A stretch of DNA of 64,000 bases from a virus. The position numbers and the translations under genes are program-made. Positions 1 to 10,797 of this stretch are shown here, in pieces. Every line of letters begins with the position of its first letter. Position 1 is the stretch's first letter. Under the pieces are notes generated by a model. It was not told the origin of the DNA. It saw only the letters and a list, made by a program, of their open reading frames with translations, and did no database searches. The stretch lies in the IMG/VR virus record IMGVR_UViG_3300015360_000024, positions 129,959 through 193,958 of that record; one strand, 5' to 3'.

Positions 1-2640
1 TTAGTTCTCAGCGGTAACTTGAATTCGAGCGGTGTGGGCATTCAGATCACCGACGCTGGATCCGGCACCAGCATCAAGGTTACGAAGTCGAATGCTGGGT
101 CTGTGTATTTCGCAGACCTGACAAACGCAGGCGCTAAGGCGCTAGAGGTTGTGGTCACGGCTGCGCCGACGTCGGTCTCGCCGGTATCCATCGTTGCCAA
201 TACGACCGGCACAACGGCCGCACTACTGTCGGTTTCGAAGATCCCAGGCGCCACGACGGCTGGTAATGCGATCTCTGTCTCGATGGGCGCCAACACGACA
301 GGCGCTGGCATTGTTTCGACGAATGCAGGTCCAGGAGCGGCAGTTTCTGCGATTAACTCGTCGTCGACCTCTGGCGCGATGTCGATTCAGAATACGAACG
401 TATCCGGCCCCGTCGACTTCTATGCGATTGACAGTGCCGGCACCGCTCAGATGTCGTGGGGCGTCGGTAATGCAAGCTATTCAGACACCGCGCGTGTTGG
501 CAGGGGTTACGTCTGGCGGAATGCCGGGAAAGATTTTGTCTTTGCTCGTACCAACGTTGTTGATGCGATCCTGAAGGCTGACGGCAAGCTTGGAATTGGA
601 ACGTCCACGACGCTAACCGCGCAGCTGGAAGTCAACGGCGCGACGCCAGATGTCTTCATTAATGGATCGACGAGTTCTTTTTTGCGCTACCCGGCGCTTG
701 GCGTGGCTGCGCCGACTTTTACGACGCGCAGCGTGGGTACTAAGATCGTCCTGTACCCAGCGGTCGCAGGAGCATCGGCCGATTATGCGCTTGGCATTGA
801 GGGTAGCACGCTGTGGCATTCGGTCCCGACTGCAACCAGCTCAAACCATCACAGATGGTACTGCGGCATCACCGAGCGCATGAACTTGCGTGGCGACGGC
901 GTTCTGAGCATCACGCAGTCGCTGGCGGATCCGGCTGACGGCAGCGGTATCATCACGCTGAAGAACACGCTGAGCACTAGCATGGCGCAGATTTCCTGGC
1001 AGAACCACACAAGCACATTCCAGGCGGCACTGGGACGCGCAAACACCGCCTCTCAGGGTCAACTTTATTGGTACTTCGATAGCCCGACCAGTGCAGGACT
1101 TCTGTTTAGCGGCCCTGGCGGGACGAATATGAACATCTTCGCCGGAGTGGCGAACGGTGCCGGTTTCCAGATGCACAGTGGCAGCGCTGTGGTTGTCAGT
1201 GACGCGAACACCGGCCGTATGCGCTACGTCACGGCGGGTCAGAAGTTTCAGTTCTCGTTGAACGGCGGCGCCTACGTTGACGTCCCGGTTGCCGCAGCAG
1301 CGTTTACGACCAGCTCAGTTTTGTTCGCGAACGCCTCTGGGCAGATCGCTCAGGACAACGCCACATTCAGATGGGTTGACGCGACGAATAACTTGCAGGT
1401 TGGCACGAGCGCCGTCACGAACAACTTCACGGGATTCCCCCTTACGGTTTCGGTGTCGTCGACCGACATCGTTACGTACATGTGGAACACCAACGCGGCT
1501 GGATTTAGCGCGATGGGCGTTCTGGATAACGCCCTTGCGTTCAAGGCCAACTGGGGCTACGGCAACGCGAGCACTCCGGCGCCGTTTGCGAACAAGGCAT
1601 TTTTCCAGACCAGTGGCTGTGACTTCGTGCTCGTCGACTCAGCGAGCACATACAAGTTCTTCTTCGGCATGGCCAATAACTCGACGGTCATGCAGATGGC
1701 CAACGGGTCTAGCGGCGCTGTCAGCGAGGCCAGCACTGGAAGGATTCGCTACAACACCACTGGTCAGAAGTTCCAGGTTTCAGCAAATGGCGCCGCCTAC
1801 GTTGATCTCGCAACTGGCGGCGGGACCGGCATGGCGATCGGTAACGCGATCACCAGCGCGACGGCTGGTTCTGTTCTGTTTGCTGGCGCAGCTGGAATTC
1901 TCCAACAGGACAACGCGAACTTCTTCTGGGATGACACCAACAACCGGCTAGGTATCGGAACGGCTACTCCATCGGCGACGCTGCATGTGAAGGATACCGA
2001 AGTCTTCACCACAGCTGTTCGGCTTGAGCATACTGCGACGTCTGGAATCTCTGGCGCCGATCTAATCGACTCAGCAGCCGCCTATAAGGGTTCAATTGGC
2101 TACGCTGGTTCTACGACGACTATCACGCATATACAGAGCAAGATCTTCATTCATTCGGCTGGTCCAGATGTTGTTATTACGAATGCTACGAATGCAGCAT
2201 TCACATTCGGGATGACAGCTTCATCGATCGCGTTGCAGATGCAGAACGGCAGCGGTGCAGCGATTGGCGCCGCCAGCACGGGTAAGCTGATCTACAATAC
2301 AACTGGTCAAAAATTCCAGGTTAGCGTCAACGGATCGTCGTATGTAGATCTATCCCCTGGTGTCGAGCGCCTATCTGCCGATGGTGCAGCCGATCCGGTT
2401 ATTCAGACCACGTTTGTCTCAGGCGCAGGAACCGATCTGACGCTTGCCAACGGTGCGGTCGACGGGTTCATAAAGAACTTCGTTGTAACCAGCGGCACTG
2501 GAACAATTACCCCGACAAACCTGGCGGATGGAAATGTTCTCACTTATTCGGCGGCTCCTGCGAATGTTAGTTTCGTTTGGGATGCGACTGGTGCGACGTG
2601 GCACGTCTACGGCAACCCCTACAACATGGTTACCACCTGA
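1..2640 (+). CDS. Tail fibre-like virion protein, 5'-truncated by the window edge
   Basis: Frame 1 is open from base 1. Gly/Ala/Thr-rich, with GIGTxTP fibre motifs and a thrice-repeated TG[RK]xxYxTxGQKFQxSxNGxxYVD module. Confidence 0.7.
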   Translation, partial: LVLSGNLNSSGVGIQITDAGSGTSIKVTKSNAGSVYFADLTNAGAKALEVVVTAAPTSVSPVSIVANTTGTTAALLSVSKIPGATTAGNAISVSMGANTTGAGIVSTNAGPGAAVSAINSSSTSGAMSIQNTNVSGPVDFYAIDSAGTAQMSWGVGNASYSDTARVGRGYVWRNAGKDFVFARTNVVDAILKADGKLGIGTSTTLTAQLEVNGATPDVFINGSTSSFLRYPALGVAAPTFTTRSVGTKIVLYPAVAGASADYALGIEGSTLWHSVPTATSSNHHRWYCGITERMNLRGDGVLSITQSLADPADGSGIITLKNTLSTSMAQISWQNHTSTFQAALGRANTASQGQLYWYFDSPTSAGLLFSGPGGTNMNIFAGVANGAGFQMHSGSAVVVSDANTGRMRYVTAGQKFQFSLNGGAYVDVPVAAAAFTTSSVLFANASGQIAQDNATFRWVDATNNLQVGTSAVTNNFTGFPLTVSVSSTDIVTYMWNTNAAGFSAMGVLDNALAFKANWGYGNASTPAPFANKAFFQTSGCDFVLVDSASTYKFFFGMANNSTVMQMANGSSGAVSEASTGRIRYNTTGQKFQVSANGAAYVDLATGGGTGMAIGNAITSATAGSVLFAGAAGILQQDNANFFWDDTNNRLGIGTATPSATLHVKDTEVFTTAVRLEHTATSGISGADLIDSAAAYKGSIGYAGSTTTITHIQSKIFIHSAGPDVVITNATNAAFTFGMTASSIALQMQNGSGAAIGAASTGKLIYNTTGQKFQVSVNGSSYVDLSPGVERLSADGAADPVIQTTFVSGAGTDLTLANGAVDGFIKNFVVTSGTGTITPTNLADGNVLTYSAAPANVSFVWDATGATWHVYGNPYNMVTT

Positions 2641-2647
2641 GGGTGAT

Positions 2648-3976
2648 ATGACGCGCATCATTCCATTGACTGAGACGACGGACCCGGCTGCGGTAGCCGA
2701 CCAGGCCGTTCTTTATTCGAAAGACGTGGCTGGCGTAACACAACTCTTTGTACGACTTAGTGACGGTACTATCGTACAGATTAGCGGTGTAGGCGGGACT
2801 GCGTCACCTATTGTAGTTTGGACTGCCGCGAAGACGTGGGCGCAGGTCTATACTGAGATCACGTCGTTCAGCTCAAAGTGTGTCGTGCTCATTGAACCGA
2901 GCGGCGCCAATCGCAACATCACGACGGGAACCTACGACATCAACGGCGTGCGGTTTATCGGCATGCCGCAGCTGACCGCAGCCACGGTTGGATATGGCGC
3001 GGTTAAGGTTGTGGTCGATGCGGCCGTCACGTTCTCACAGGACGGAACCACTCTCTTTGCGGTGATTTCAAGCCAGGATGTGTTCTGGTATTTCAATAGT
3101 GCCGTCCAGCCTGTGCAGCTAGACAAGATTCGCATCCGTCTTGACGGCGGCAAGATGCATGCAGACGCAGGTTCTGTGTTTACAAACATCACAGAGGCGC
3201 GCATCTGCCTGACAGGCGGAGCACATCTTCAGGGATACAGCAATGCGACGGATGCACTGATCCAGTTAAGTGATGCTGCCACGTGCGTGATCGAATCCTA
3301 TACAGGACATGTCATGCAGGACATCGTCAATACGCCAAAAACCGCGTTTAGTACAACCGTTGAACTGTGGACTGACCCCGCTAGCGTGGTGTACACGTCC
3401 GGCAGTGGAGGTTGGTTTCGATCTGCCAACACCACGCCTACCTATAAGAGTTTCTGGGGCGGAAGTTCCACCCCTGGCGCTGATGCGAATTCTCTTGCGA
3501 AGGTGTCGGCCAACGGCACATTCCATAAACCATATGTAGACAACAGCGGTAACTGGGGCAACATCGTCGACCCCCTCACCCTTAACAACGTCGTAGTTAA
3601 TACGATGTTGACCAGTTATGGCATCACGCTGCTCGGGGCAGAGCTACAACTGAACTCACAAGCGGATGTTGCTTCGCCTGGTACCAAGCCAATCGATGAT
3701 TACGCGCTTTCGTACACTGGATCAATTTTTATCATGCAGAACACCACTGCAGGAGGCACAACGATTAACAGTCTCGCCACGATTGGCAGTGGGTTGACGT
3801 TGTTCATGTTAATGAACGTTGGGTCGTCAGGAACCCTGACGCTAAAACACGAGACGGGAACGACACCGTCTTATCGTTTCTCGCTCGCAGGTGCGGTAGA
3901 TCGTGTTCTTGCAGTCGGCGAAGGTGTTTGGGTTCTGCGAGATTTTGTGCGAAATCGCTGGCGGCTAGTTGGTTGA
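2648..3976 (+). CDS. Putative virion structural / tail-associated protein
   Basis: ATG at 2648, just after the upstream stop, is preferred over the 2528 ORF start. Beta-rich composition; structural-gene context. Confidence 0.55.
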   Translation: MTRIIPLTETTDPAAVADQAVLYSKDVAGVTQLFVRLSDGTIVQISGVGGTASPIVVWTAAKTWAQVYTEITSFSSKCVVLIEPSGANRNITTGTYDINGVRFIGMPQLTAATVGYGAVKVVVDAAVTFSQDGTTLFAVISSQDVFWYFNSAVQPVQLDKIRIRLDGGKMHADAGSVFTNITEARICLTGGAHLQGYSNATDALIQLSDAATCVIESYTGHVMQDIVNTPKTAFSTTVELWTDPASVVYTSGSGGWFRSANTTPTYKSFWGGSSTPGADANSLAKVSANGTFHKPYVDNSGNWGNIVDPLTLNNVVVNTMLTSYGITLLGAELQLNSQADVASPGTKPIDDYALSYTGSIFIMQNTTAGGTTINSLATIGSGLTLFMLMNVGSSGTLTLKHETGTTPSYRFSLAGAVDRVLAVGEGVWVLRDFVRNRWRLVG

Positions 3977-4008
3977 TGCGATTTATTGCCTTTCATAAGT
4001 AGGATTTC

Positions 4009-4842
4009 ATGAAGACCGCGCATCAGATCACGCCAAACCCGCAGCAAAATCAGGACGTATCTAACAAGCAATACGTTGATGCTACGGCTGCGGGTGATGC
4101 GGCAGTAGTCTTTGATGACGCCGTTCCAGCAAACCAGCTAAATATTAGGTCTGATCGCGGAAGTAATCAGAGTCCGATAAACAACGCGCAGTCGCAGATT
4201 ACAAACTTTGGATCACAGGACGGCCTCGTTGATCCTGCGGCCGTTGGCGCCACCGCCAAGGGAGCCGTGATTGGCGGTGGTGACGACAACACGGCCTCAG
4301 GTCTCTACTCAACGGTGCCCGGTGGCGCTGGGAACAAGGCGACTGGGCAGTATGCGTTCGCGGCAGGGCTTCGCGCACTGGCGAATAAGAGCGGACAGAT
4401 TGCCACCGCAGGCGGTGCCTTTAATGTCGCTGGCGACGCGCAGACCGGATGGATGGTCGTTCGTATTGGAACGCCAGGTGTTGGTGCTGGCGAGTCGATG
4501 GAACTCGGCGCAGGTAACTCGTCAGACCAGTACATCCTATTGGATGACGACAAGGCATACACGATCGTCGTCTCCGCAGTCGCTCGTGGTCTCGTGAGCG
4601 GAAATCCGTGCATGCAGAGCTTCAGGCAGACGTTCGCCGTTCGACGTGAGTCTGGAACGTCAATTATTGCTGCCTCTGGCGTACTGGAGCAGATGGGCGA
4701 CGCGGCAGCGAACTCATGGACTTTGGTGGCATCTATCGGTGCCGGACCAGATCGATTCAGCCTGACCGTAAACACTGGGATTACGACGAGTTCAGTCCGA
4801 GTTGTCGCCAAAGTTGAGCTGACTGAAGTGCAGAACCCCTGA
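4009..4842 (+). CDS. Putative tail fibre-associated protein
   Basis: NKQYVD motif and GGxxNxA repeats typical of phage fibre/adhesin heads. Confidence 0.55.
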   Translation: MKTAHQITPNPQQNQDVSNKQYVDATAAGDAAVVFDDAVPANQLNIRSDRGSNQSPINNAQSQITNFGSQDGLVDPAAVGATAKGAVIGGGDDNTASGLYSTVPGGAGNKATGQYAFAAGLRALANKSGQIATAGGAFNVAGDAQTGWMVVRIGTPGVGAGESMELGAGNSSDQYILLDDDKAYTIVVSAVARGLVSGNPCMQSFRQTFAVRRESGTSIIAASGVLEQMGDAAANSWTLVASIGAGPDRFSLTVNTGITTSSVRVVAKVELTEVQNP

Positions 4843-4860
4843 TAGTCTGAGCTAGAGATC

Positions 4861-5733
4861 ATGACCAGCACGAACAAGATGTTGTGGCCGTACCCGAACA
4901 AGGATTCAGATCCTTGGTTTGCCGGGTTCGAGTCGATGACCGGAGCGATGGATGCTTCCGGCTACGCGGCGCGCGAAGACCGCAATATCCTGATCTCTGG
5001 CGGTGGGACGGTGTCGTTTGTTGCTTCGACCGGGCTGCTGACCTGGTCGGCGGCGATCGTCCTCATGTCTCCGATCTCAGGGTACAAGCTGACGCTGCCA
5101 GCCGGATCGGCTGTTCTGGTGGACGGTGCGAGCCTGTATGTAAACGTTGTTAGGGCACCAACAGGCAACTCTTCACTGGCGTCGTTCGTATCCGCTCAGG
5201 TTCCAAACACCGATAGCGCGATGTTGTTGGCGGTTCGAAACGGGGCTGCTGTCTACTTTCGAAACGGATCCGAGGTTGGGGACGGACAGTCGAAAACGCT
5301 CTTTAGCTCCGGAGGTCTGCAGACCGGATCGTCTCTCATCTCGATTGTTAAGATGGCGACGCGTGAGAGCCACGGCTCGGATACAGCTCTCGTTTGCGGT
5401 GGTGATGCCTTAGATCCGGTTGCGTTCGATATCCCTGGCTTTACAAAGACCATGGTATTTCGAGCAGTTGCTGCAAACGGCGATATTGGACTTAGCACCA
5501 CCGTCAAGTTGTACAATCTAACGGACAGCGATCTGATCGCGACGCTGACCTTTACTTCGACTTCCCCAACCAAGATGGATGCTGTCCTTACCCAGGGAAC
5601 TGGCGTCGGACAGATCGATCCAGGGTACAAGATCTACGAAATAAGAATCGCACTCGGCGCCCCGTCCGGAGGGCCAACGGAGACTGTCGAGCTGTACGCA
5701 GCTGAAATAATCATCACCAATACAGCTACTTAG
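4861..5733 (+). CDS. Putative virion structural protein
   Basis: 290-aa ORF in the structural cluster with a WPYP..DPW N-terminus. Confidence 0.5.
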   Translation: MTSTNKMLWPYPNKDSDPWFAGFESMTGAMDASGYAAREDRNILISGGGTVSFVASTGLLTWSAAIVLMSPISGYKLTLPAGSAVLVDGASLYVNVVRAPTGNSSLASFVSAQVPNTDSAMLLAVRNGAAVYFRNGSEVGDGQSKTLFSSGGLQTGSSLISIVKMATRESHGSDTALVCGGDALDPVAFDIPGFTKTMVFRAVAANGDIGLSTTVKLYNLTDSDLIATLTFTSTSPTKMDAVLTQGTGVGQIDPGYKIYEIRIALGAPSGGPTETVELYAAEIIITNTAT

Positions 5734-5832
5734 CGGACGCCGCTTAGTTTCGCAACGTATTCCATGGTTCGGGATATCCTGATCGTAACCGAAATGAGCG
5801 TCCACTCCGATAAAGAGACAGGTTGGTGACCA

Positions 5833-6315
5833 GTGCCACCGCCTGGACGCACGCTCGTTCGTTATGAGCAGCTCAGACGAACTGAGCCAGTTGGAGTCGA
5901 GCCTCTAGATGATGGCAAGCTCGCTAAGGGTAGGTATTTCTTGGCAGATTGTCTCATGACGGACGTGATTGGTCATTGCGTTTATGTTACAGGGGCCGCC
6001 GTTCTTGGATTTCCGCAGGTCACCAGGACCGACATCAAGACAATCGGCCTTGTGAAGCCTGCGCTCGGGATCATCGTTGAGAAGTCAGCGGTTACTCGCT
6101 GCCTGGTGATGACGTTCGGCGAGGCGGAGGTGTCTCCGGCGATCCTAATTCCAGGCCAGCCTTACTGGGTTGGCGATGACGGAAAGATTACCGACGTATT
6201 GCCGGTGCCAGATCCAGGAGGCAAGATTGCTTGCCAGATTATCGGTTCGGCCATTGATGTAGGACGGCTACTGATCAACCCAGAGCGACGCCCAACAATC
6301 AGAACAGATCCGTGA
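5833..6315 (+). CDS. Small beta-rich protein, capsid cement/DUF2190-like
   Basis: ALGIIV..GEA..LIPGQPYWVGDDGKI pattern resembles the C-terminus of the 6789 protein. Confidence 0.4.
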   Translation: MPPPGRTLVRYEQLRRTEPVGVEPLDDGKLAKGRYFLADCLMTDVIGHCVYVTGAAVLGFPQVTRTDIKTIGLVKPALGIIVEKSAVTRCLVMTFGEAEVSPAILIPGQPYWVGDDGKITDVLPVPDPGGKIACQIIGSAIDVGRLLINPERRPTIRTDP

Positions 6316-6332
6316 TAGTAGAGGAGCCGTAG

Positions 6333-6770
6333 ATGCCGCCGCGTAAAAAGATGAACGGCACCGAGCCCAAAAAGAATGGGACGGTACCAGATGCAACAAA
6401 GCATGTTGATGATGATGGCTTCCTTTGCCTGAAGGGTGACCTGTTTTGGCGATGGCGTGCTCTCGACGCTGAGCTAAGAGCGGCCATCGCTGAGATGGAA
6501 TCAGCGCAGCAGCAGATCCAAGTTGAGATAGCCAAGCAACCAGAACTGTCGGCGCTCCTTCAGAGGAAGGCCGCGCTTGCTGGTACTATTTCTACGGCCA
6601 AGACCGAACTACTAACGGTGCAGGGAGAGATCGAGAACGCCCTTGGTATCTCTCTCAAAGAGCATGCGTTTGACGACAAAACCGGGCGACTCTATAATCT
6701 AACAGCTGAGGGCTCTCAAGGAGATCCAATGAAGCCGAAATCTCGTAGGCAGAAATCGGCATCAGTATAA
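6333..6770 (+). CDS. Hypothetical coiled-coil protein
   Basis: GAGGAG RBS; helical, charged composition. Confidence 0.7.
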   Translation: MPPRKKMNGTEPKKNGTVPDATKHVDDDGFLCLKGDLFWRWRALDAELRAAIAEMESAQQQIQVEIAKQPELSALLQRKAALAGTISTAKTELLTVQGEIENALGISLKEHAFDDKTGRLYNLTAEGSQGDPMKPKSRRQKSASV

Positions 6771-6788
6771 CCTCAGGGGAGAATTACC

Positions 6789-8030
6789 ATGGCACTGCGT
6801 AAGTTTCTATTTCAGAACCAGACCGAAGGATTCCACGAGGAGTTCTCAGCCGGTGATTCTCTCAATATGGTTGGCAGCAAGATCGAGAACCTTCTCGATC
6901 CTACTGGACCGCAGGATGCTGCAACCAAGTTCTACGTCGATAGCGTTGCGACTGGACTCGATCTGAAGGCATCGTCGCGCGTATCGCCGACCGCCGACTT
7001 CAGCACGTACACCAGCGCAGGTTCCGGCGTCGGCAAGACACTGACGGCGCCGACTGCCTCGGCCACACACAACACGCAGGACGGCGTTCTGCTCGTTGTT
7101 GGCAACCGTGTTCTCGTCACGACGGCCGGCGGTAACACCACGACCCCGGACCTGGATAACGGTATCTATACGGTCTTCTCGCTCGGAAACGGCGCAGGCA
7201 CCAGTTTCGTGCTGACCCGTGCTACCGACGCAGATCAAAACGCCGAGGTCACAGCTGGTCTATTCACCTTCGTCACTGAAGGCACTGCGAACGCAGATAC
7301 CGGCTGGGTGCTGGTTACGAATGATCCGATCACTGTCGATACGACTGCACTGCAGTTCACGCAGTTCAGTTCAACGAATGCGTATACGTTTGATCAGGGT
7401 CTCTCGAACACGGGCGGATCGATCAAAGTCGAACTGGATACGGCAGCGGACGCCCAGGGCGCTGGTGCTGGTGGCGGTAGCTCGGGCCTTGAGTTCGACG
7501 TCAATACAGCCGCTGGCAAGGTCCGCGTTGCTGTGTCGACTACCGGCAGTATTAATCGCCTGGCCGACGGTATTGGTCTGGAGTTGGATCCGACCGCCAA
7601 CACGGCAGGCAATAACTTCTCGCTGTCCTCGACGGCAACTGGTCTCAAGGTGCTGCGTGCGCCGAAGACCGAAGAGAATTACATCGCCAACGAGGCGTTC
7701 GCTGTTGGCGATCCAGTTGCGTGGGCGGCAGGCGTCAATGACAAGCTTGCCAAGGGTCGTGCTGATACCGACGCGAAGAGCCGCATTGTCGGCATCGCGC
7801 GTACGGCATCTACCGCACTCAACGATACGGCTGCAATCGTGTCTGAGGGCGTTGCAACCGGCACGCTGACTGGCGCAACGGCCGGCGATCCGTTCTACCT
7901 GCAGGCTACCGGCGGCGTCGGAACGTTTGCCTCGATCACTTCAGGCAAGCGCGTCGTTCGTCTTGGCTTTGCCAAGAACGCGACCGATCTGTTCGTCGAC
8001 ATCATGGATCTCGGCAAGAAGGCGGCGTAA
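6789..8030 (+). CDS. Virion structural protein with a C-terminal cement-like domain
   Basis: GGGGAG RBS; DAATKFYVD and NGIYTV..LTRATDAD motifs common in phage fibre/decoration proteins. Confidence 0.65.
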   Translation: MALRKFLFQNQTEGFHEEFSAGDSLNMVGSKIENLLDPTGPQDAATKFYVDSVATGLDLKASSRVSPTADFSTYTSAGSGVGKTLTAPTASATHNTQDGVLLVVGNRVLVTTAGGNTTTPDLDNGIYTVFSLGNGAGTSFVLTRATDADQNAEVTAGLFTFVTEGTANADTGWVLVTNDPITVDTTALQFTQFSSTNAYTFDQGLSNTGGSIKVELDTAADAQGAGAGGGSSGLEFDVNTAAGKVRVAVSTTGSINRLADGIGLELDPTANTAGNNFSLSSTATGLKVLRAPKTEENYIANEAFAVGDPVAWAAGVNDKLAKGRADTDAKSRIVGIARTASTALNDTAAIVSEGVATGTLTGATAGDPFYLQATGGVGTFASITSGKRVVRLGFAKNATDLFVDIMDLGKKAA

Positions 8031-8032
8031 TC

Positions 8033-8242
8033 GTGCCTTCTGTTCCTCGCAGGGGCCGCTTGCTGGATAAAACCAAGTTCGCCACTCAGCGTGGCGGCAT
8101 GACCCAGCAGGAGTTGGCCGATGAGGCTGATATTCCACTCTCCTGCGTCGTTAAGGCTGAGCGTCTAGGTCGGCGAACGAATCAGACGGTTATCTCCAAG
8201 CTCGTTGAAGCGCTTGGCTGCGCAGAGAATCAGATCGTCTAA
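8033..8242 (+). CDS. XRE-family helix-turn-helix protein
   Basis: GMTQQELADEADIP..VVKAERLG..KLVEALGC matches the XRE/Cro HTH pattern; GTG start. Confidence 0.8.
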   Translation: MPSVPRRGRLLDKTKFATQRGGMTQQELADEADIPLSCVVKAERLGRRTNQTVISKLVEALGCAENQIV

Positions 8243-8250
8243 GGAACTAA

Positions 8251-8802
8251 GTGGCTGTCGGACCCGATCGCGTCCAGGTTATCAAGCGAGAGTCTGCAGC
8301 CCTGGGCGGGGATGCAGCCGAGGACGTTGATTACCTGGAGCCAATCAGCGCCCAGGAAGACGCGATCGAGGCGGCCGGCATTTACATGCAGGACGCCTCG
8401 AATCGCGATGAGGCCGTGTGGATCGAGCGCAATGGCTCGAACATGCGGTTCTTCGACGTTGCCAACCCGGGCGGATATTCACTGACACAGCTCGCCACTG
8501 GCGGCGCTGGCATCACGTACAACGAATTCCTCCTCGATAACGAGCCCACAGCTGAGACTGGCGCGACCGACTGCACCTATACGCCCACGTACACCGGCAT
8601 CAAGGTCACGAAGGAGGAGTGGAAGAGGAACGATACGACGCTCGTCAAGAGCATCGACTACACGTACACTGGGATCTCGGTGACCTCAGAAGTACGGAAG
8701 GTGTTCGCGGCCGACGGGACTACCATTGTGGCCCAGGTGACGTGGACGCATTCATACACGGGGATCAATCTGACGGGCTCGACTATGGTAAGAAACGTGT
8801 GA
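8251..8802 (+). CDS. Putative structural protein
   Basis: AAGGA RBS, GTG start, tight packing with neighbours. Confidence 0.6.
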   Translation: MAVGPDRVQVIKRESAALGGDAAEDVDYLEPISAQEDAIEAAGIYMQDASNRDEAVWIERNGSNMRFFDVANPGGYSLTQLATGGAGITYNEFLLDNEPTAETGATDCTYTPTYTGIKVTKEEWKRNDTTLVKSIDYTYTGISVTSEVRKVFAADGTTIVAQVTWTHSYTGINLTGSTMVRNV

Positions 8803-8803
8803 G

Positions 8804-10504
8804 ATGGGCGTAGTCGTCAACCCAGTGATCTCCATCCTGTACGACGCAAACGGCGTCGCGATGGCCGTTCAGGTTGGTGCTGCGATTCCTGGCAGCACTC
8901 CAGCTATTATGGTTGCCGGCAGTGACGGCACCAACGCGCGCTACATGCGGGTGGCGGCCGATGGCACCGTCCGTATAGATCCGACCGGGACCACGACTCA
9001 GCCAATATCAGCCGCATCGCTTCCGCTGCCAGCTGGCGCTGCTACGGCTGCCCTGCAGACACAGCCTGGCGTCGATATTGGTGACGTTACTGTCAACAAC
9101 GGCACTGCTGGTGCGGCCGTCAATATTCAAGATGGCGGCAACTCGATCACTGTCGATGCGACCTCGTGGCCGCTTCCAACTGGAGCCGCTACAGAGGCGA
9201 CGCTTCTGACGATGCTCACGTTGGCTGGTTTTCAGGCGAGGATAAATACCCTCGGCCAGAAGAACATGGCCAACTCGACGCCGTTCGTGATCGCTTCCGA
9301 CCAGACGGTCATCCCGATCTCTGACAATTCTGGATCACTGACCGTTGATGCGACCTCTTGGCCGCTTCCGACAGGCGCAGCGACTTCAGCGCTTCAGACC
9401 ACAGGCAACACCAGCCTCAACAACATCGATACCAAGATGCCCGCGCAGGGCCAGGCGACGATGTCCGCGAGCACGCCGGTCGTCATCGCAAGCAACCAGA
9501 GCGCGGTTGCTTCGAAGAACGCTGCCGCATCACAAGACGATGGGCATTCGGCGTCTATCGGAGCGACAGCCGATGCCGACACGGCGCTCACGGTCATCGG
9601 ACGGCTCAAGCAGATCATCACACGCCTCGCGGGAGGTCTGCCGGCCGCATTGGTCGGAGGTCGGCTCAATCAGAACATGGGTTCGTGGTTCGGCTCGACG
9701 GTGCCAACCGTCGGCCAGAAGGTGATGGCGCAGTCGATCCCGGTCTGCATGCCGACCGATCAGACGGCGGTGCTGGTCACGTTCACCGGCACGCGTACGG
9801 GTGCGGTTGGGTCGATCGTTTCTCTTGGTGGCTCCACGGCCGGCATACTCCAGACCATGCGGGCGACCGCTTATACCGAGCAAGGGTCGCAAGCACAGCG
9901 TTCATTCAAGTCGAACAACGTCAACGACACGTCTGCGGGCACTGGCGCTCGCACGGTCAAGTTCATCTACTACAGCAACACGGGTGCCGGACCGTTCACC
10001 GAGACGGTGACGCTCAACGGCACCACGGCGGTCGCCACGGTCGCCACGGACATTCGCTTCATCGAATCCATGGAGGTGGTCACTTCTGGATCCGGTGGTG
10101 CGAACGCTGGAACGATCACGATGTCCGTCAACAACGCGGGCGGTGGTGGAACCATCGGTTCTATCGGCGTCAGCAGTATCGTCACAGGCCTCGGGGACAA
10201 CAAGACGTTGTGGGCGCACCACTATGTTGCTGTGGGTGTCATTGCGAGCTTGTCCACCTTGATCGTCGGAGCGCAGTCCAGCGGCTCTGGTACTTCAGCT
10301 CGATTTTTCGTCAAGGCACAGTCCGTGCTGACAGCCAACGCAACAGAGACACTCGTCGGTGACGTTCTGCTTGTGCAGGGCGCATTCTCGCGCCTCTTCA
10401 ACTTCTACGTGAAGGTCACAGGGTTCTCACGTCTCACTGTGTATGCAGTTCCATCCAACAACAACGCAACGCTCTCCGCAGCGTTTGACTACTCGGAGAC
10501 CTAG
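8804..10504 (+). CDS. Putative virion structural protein with internal repeats
   Basis: Three xxLP[TA]GAAT repeats and three GQxxMxxSxPVxIxxDQ-type repeats. Confidence 0.65.
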   Translation: MGVVVNPVISILYDANGVAMAVQVGAAIPGSTPAIMVAGSDGTNARYMRVAADGTVRIDPTGTTTQPISAASLPLPAGAATAALQTQPGVDIGDVTVNNGTAGAAVNIQDGGNSITVDATSWPLPTGAATEATLLTMLTLAGFQARINTLGQKNMANSTPFVIASDQTVIPISDNSGSLTVDATSWPLPTGAATSALQTTGNTSLNNIDTKMPAQGQATMSASTPVVIASNQSAVASKNAAASQDDGHSASIGATADADTALTVIGRLKQIITRLAGGLPAALVGGRLNQNMGSWFGSTVPTVGQKVMAQSIPVCMPTDQTAVLVTFTGTRTGAVGSIVSLGGSTAGILQTMRATAYTEQGSQAQRSFKSNNVNDTSAGTGARTVKFIYYSNTGAGPFTETVTLNGTTAVATVATDIRFIESMEVVTSGSGGANAGTITMSVNNAGGGGTIGSIGVSSIVTGLGDNKTLWAHHYVAVGVIASLSTLIVGAQSSGSGTSARFFVKAQSVLTANATETLVGDVLLVQGAFSRLFNFYVKVTGFSRLTVYAVPSNNNATLSAAFDYSET

Positions 10505-10506
10505 AC

Positions 10507-10797
10507 GTGATCAGCTTCGGCAACCTTCCACAACGCTCCGGTGACTGGACGTACTTCAAACCGTTCATCGCGTCCAAGACACTCAAGGTCCAGTACGAGG
10601 ACGACGGCTTCGTGTACCTGATTTACGGATATGACGGTCCGGAGGTTCTCGTGTGTACGATCTGGAGGAGCATCGTCCCTCCGTCGGTCGTCAATGGCGG
10701 CTACAGCCAGGCGCAGAACGACACTGACAAAGCAGACTTCGAGACCAACTACAAACCGACAGCGAACGGCTGGATTCAGGGCGCGTCCAAGACGTAG
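10507..10797 (+). CDS. Hypothetical structural protein; possibly the N-terminal part of a read-through product ending at 11286
   Basis: GTG start; ends in TAG and the same frame stays open to 11286. Confidence 0.6.
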   Translation: MISFGNLPQRSGDWTYFKPFIASKTLKVQYEDDGFVYLIYGYDGPEVLVCTIWRSIVPPSVVNGGYSQAQNDTDKADFETNYKPTANGWIQGASKT

